Assembly: GCA_051294375.1 (NCBI GenBank)
Contig: JBJCIZ010000834.1
Span: 1-11,592 of the forward strand
Length of the DNA: 11,592 nucleotides
Reading direction: 5' to 3'
From: Paraspadella gotoi
Lineage: Eukaryota; Animalia; Chaetognatha
Shown here: piece after piece, positions 9,941-11,592 of the stretch
How the letters are laid out: every line of letters starts with the position of its first letter
Numbering within the stretch: the first letter of the stretch is position 1
Position numbers and translations under genes: made by a program
The notes under the pieces: model-generated
The model's input: the letters and a program-made list of their open reading frames with translations, nothing else
What the model was told of the DNA's origin: nothing
Database searches by the model: none

Positions 9941-9948
9941 TTTATATA
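9941..9948 (-). promoter_or_regulatory. Putative TATA box
   Basis: GGG-TATATAAA-TGAC on the minus strand with a GC-rich upstream flank, correctly spaced from the putative first exon. Confidence 0.45.
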
Positions 9949-10238
9949 CCCAGTGCCAGGGGGAAGAAAGGAAGCAAGGTGGAAAAAAATATTTTATGAG
10001 GTGTTTTTTTTTAAGGAGCCTTTACAGGATTATCCAGTAAAAATTTGAAAATAATTTTTTGAAATCAGCTCTTAGCATCTTTTAGTAGTCTATAAACCTA
10101 CTATAAATAAATTTTCTTTACACAAAAGCATTTAAATTTTTTTGCTGTTCTTGCTGTCTGAAACAAAATTAATATTTTTTTTTGGTGATAAATTAATAGT
10201 TTTCAACTTATGATTTTCTAATTGAATTAAATATTTAA

Positions 10239-10260
10239 AAATGGTATTTAAATACCATTT
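10239..10260. repeat. Perfect 22-bp palindrome
   Basis: AAATGGTATTT followed directly by AAATACCATTT. Confidence 0.9.
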
Positions 10261-10424
10261 ATAGCATTTGCTTTTTGTACTCCTTGATTGGTATTGGAGC
10301 AACTTCATTAGACACTTGCATGTTGGTTGGTCAGTGTTTTGGTCGATTGTTCGTTATATCAGTCAGTCAGTCTCACTAACTCAATACTCGGTTTTTACTG
10401 CATCAATTATATAAATTTTTTGAA

Positions 10425-10457
10425 TATGTATTATACTATATTATACTATACTATTAC
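10425..10457. repeat. (TATAC)n-like microsatellite
   Basis: tatgtattatactatattatactatactattac. Confidence 0.7.
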
Positions 10458-10986
10458 CCTATTTGTGTTTCTATTCCTTAAAATTAATTTTAACACCTTT
10501 CCAAAAAAATTTTTAAATAATTTGTAAAATAATTGATTCAATCTCTAACTCTAATCTGTCACTCTAATCAAATTCCTAACCCTAATGGAAAAAAACTAAA
10601 ACCATCTCTTAAACCGAACTCCAAATCTTAATCCCTAACCTGTTCCACAACCTATTCCGGCATAGTAGTTAATTGTGTAATAATTTTGTTGTTATTACTT
10701 TACACATCGGCAATCAACCTAATGATTCTCGTTGTGAATGTGTTTCATGCATGTCTTGTGATAGTATTTTTTAAAAGATTTTCTTTGAAAATAACTATAA
10801 ATTTTGATATTGATACCAAATAATATTTTAATATATTAAAGAAAAAATTATTTTGGCAGCAAGAAATTATATCACTTTTTTGGAGAGATGAGCAAATTTT
10901 TTTTATAAGGACAAAAAGGAAACAAAATTAGAGTAACCATGTATCAACATGGGTAACCACATGGAAAGGAAGTGCCATGGAAATAA

Positions 10987-11592
10987 TTTTTAGTCGGATC
11001 TGCTTATCAGCAGATCCTGACTCTATAATTCAATTTGTCGGTCCGTCGGTCCCACCCCTCAATCTTGTCGGAAAATCATTTTTATCACATCAGAACATCA
11101 TATTATGCTAAATTAAGAGAAAAAAACGATGTCCGTCCGTCTGTCCGTCCGTTCCCCCTTAGCAAAAAACTCCAAATACTCGTGATTGGATGGTTGGATT
11201 AAAATGAAATTTTGTGTGTGGGTAGGAAAGTGTGTGATTGAGCTGCATATAAATTTTCGATGGAATCGTGCGAGTGGAAATAAGTTTAAATGCAAAAAAC
11301 ATAAGTCACATTAACTTAAATCTTTTTACTAATTTTAACCCATAATTACTCAAACTAATCATAATTGGAAAGATAGATTGAGATTAAATTTTGTGTGTGG
11401 GTAGGAAAGTGAGTGATGAAGCTGGATATAAAGTTTAGATGGAATCGTGCAAGTGGAAATGAGTTTTAAATTGAAAAAAACATAATTTACTTTTATTTGA
11501 ATCTCTTTAATATTTTTAATCTAAAATTAATAGATTTATTCATAATTGGATAGATAGAATGGGAAGAAATTTTGTGTGTGGGTAAGATATAA
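10987..11592 (+). mobile_element. DINE-1/Helentron-like element, 5' part (runs off the window)
   Basis: TTTTTA start, stem GGATCTGCT-tatc-AGCAGATCC (10996-11017), (GTCC/GTCT)n at 11131-11152, then ~180-bp tandem units. Confidence 0.8.
11207..11592 (+). repeat. ~180-bp internal tandem repeat
   Basis: 'aaattttgtgtgtgggta' at 11207, 11386 and 11567 (spacing 179 and 181). Confidence 0.9.

Noticed and set aside
10026-10036. kappaB-like site (ggattatcc) upstream of the putative peptide gene
   Set aside because: It lacks the GGG start of the consensus and is too short to distinguish from chance.
10540-10640. Telomere-like CCCTAA motifs
   Set aside because: Only scattered degenerate copies (cctaaccctaa, ccctaacc), not an array.
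10930-10985. RFX X-box-like motifs (catgggtaac, gtgccatggaaat)
   Set aside because: Imperfect matches with no supporting target-gene context.

Overview
Very AT-rich eukaryotic DNA, probably invertebrate, with spliceosomal-type introns. None of the supplied ORFs looks like a real gene as given. (1) Bases 1-3460 are repeated in tandem at 4653-8005, and ~8000-8630 is repeated at 9061-9720 across a 25-N gap. The copies differ mainly by many small indels, so at least part of the duplication may come from unpolished long-read gap filling. (2) There are four copies of a DINE-1/Helentron-like non-autonomous element with a 5' hairpin, a (GTCY)n core, ~150-180 bp internal tandem repeats and a CTTGTT 3' end. 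(3) A multi-exon minus-strand gene is missed by the ORF track. It has a TATA box and non-coding exon (~9950-9871), a signal-peptide exon (8931-8800) and a Cys-rich exon (8554-8443, second copy 9650-9538). It probably encodes a small secreted Cys-rich peptide, either CS-alpha-beta defensin/toxin-like or EGF-like; indels prevent an exact reconstruction. The first tandem unit appears to lack this gene segment.
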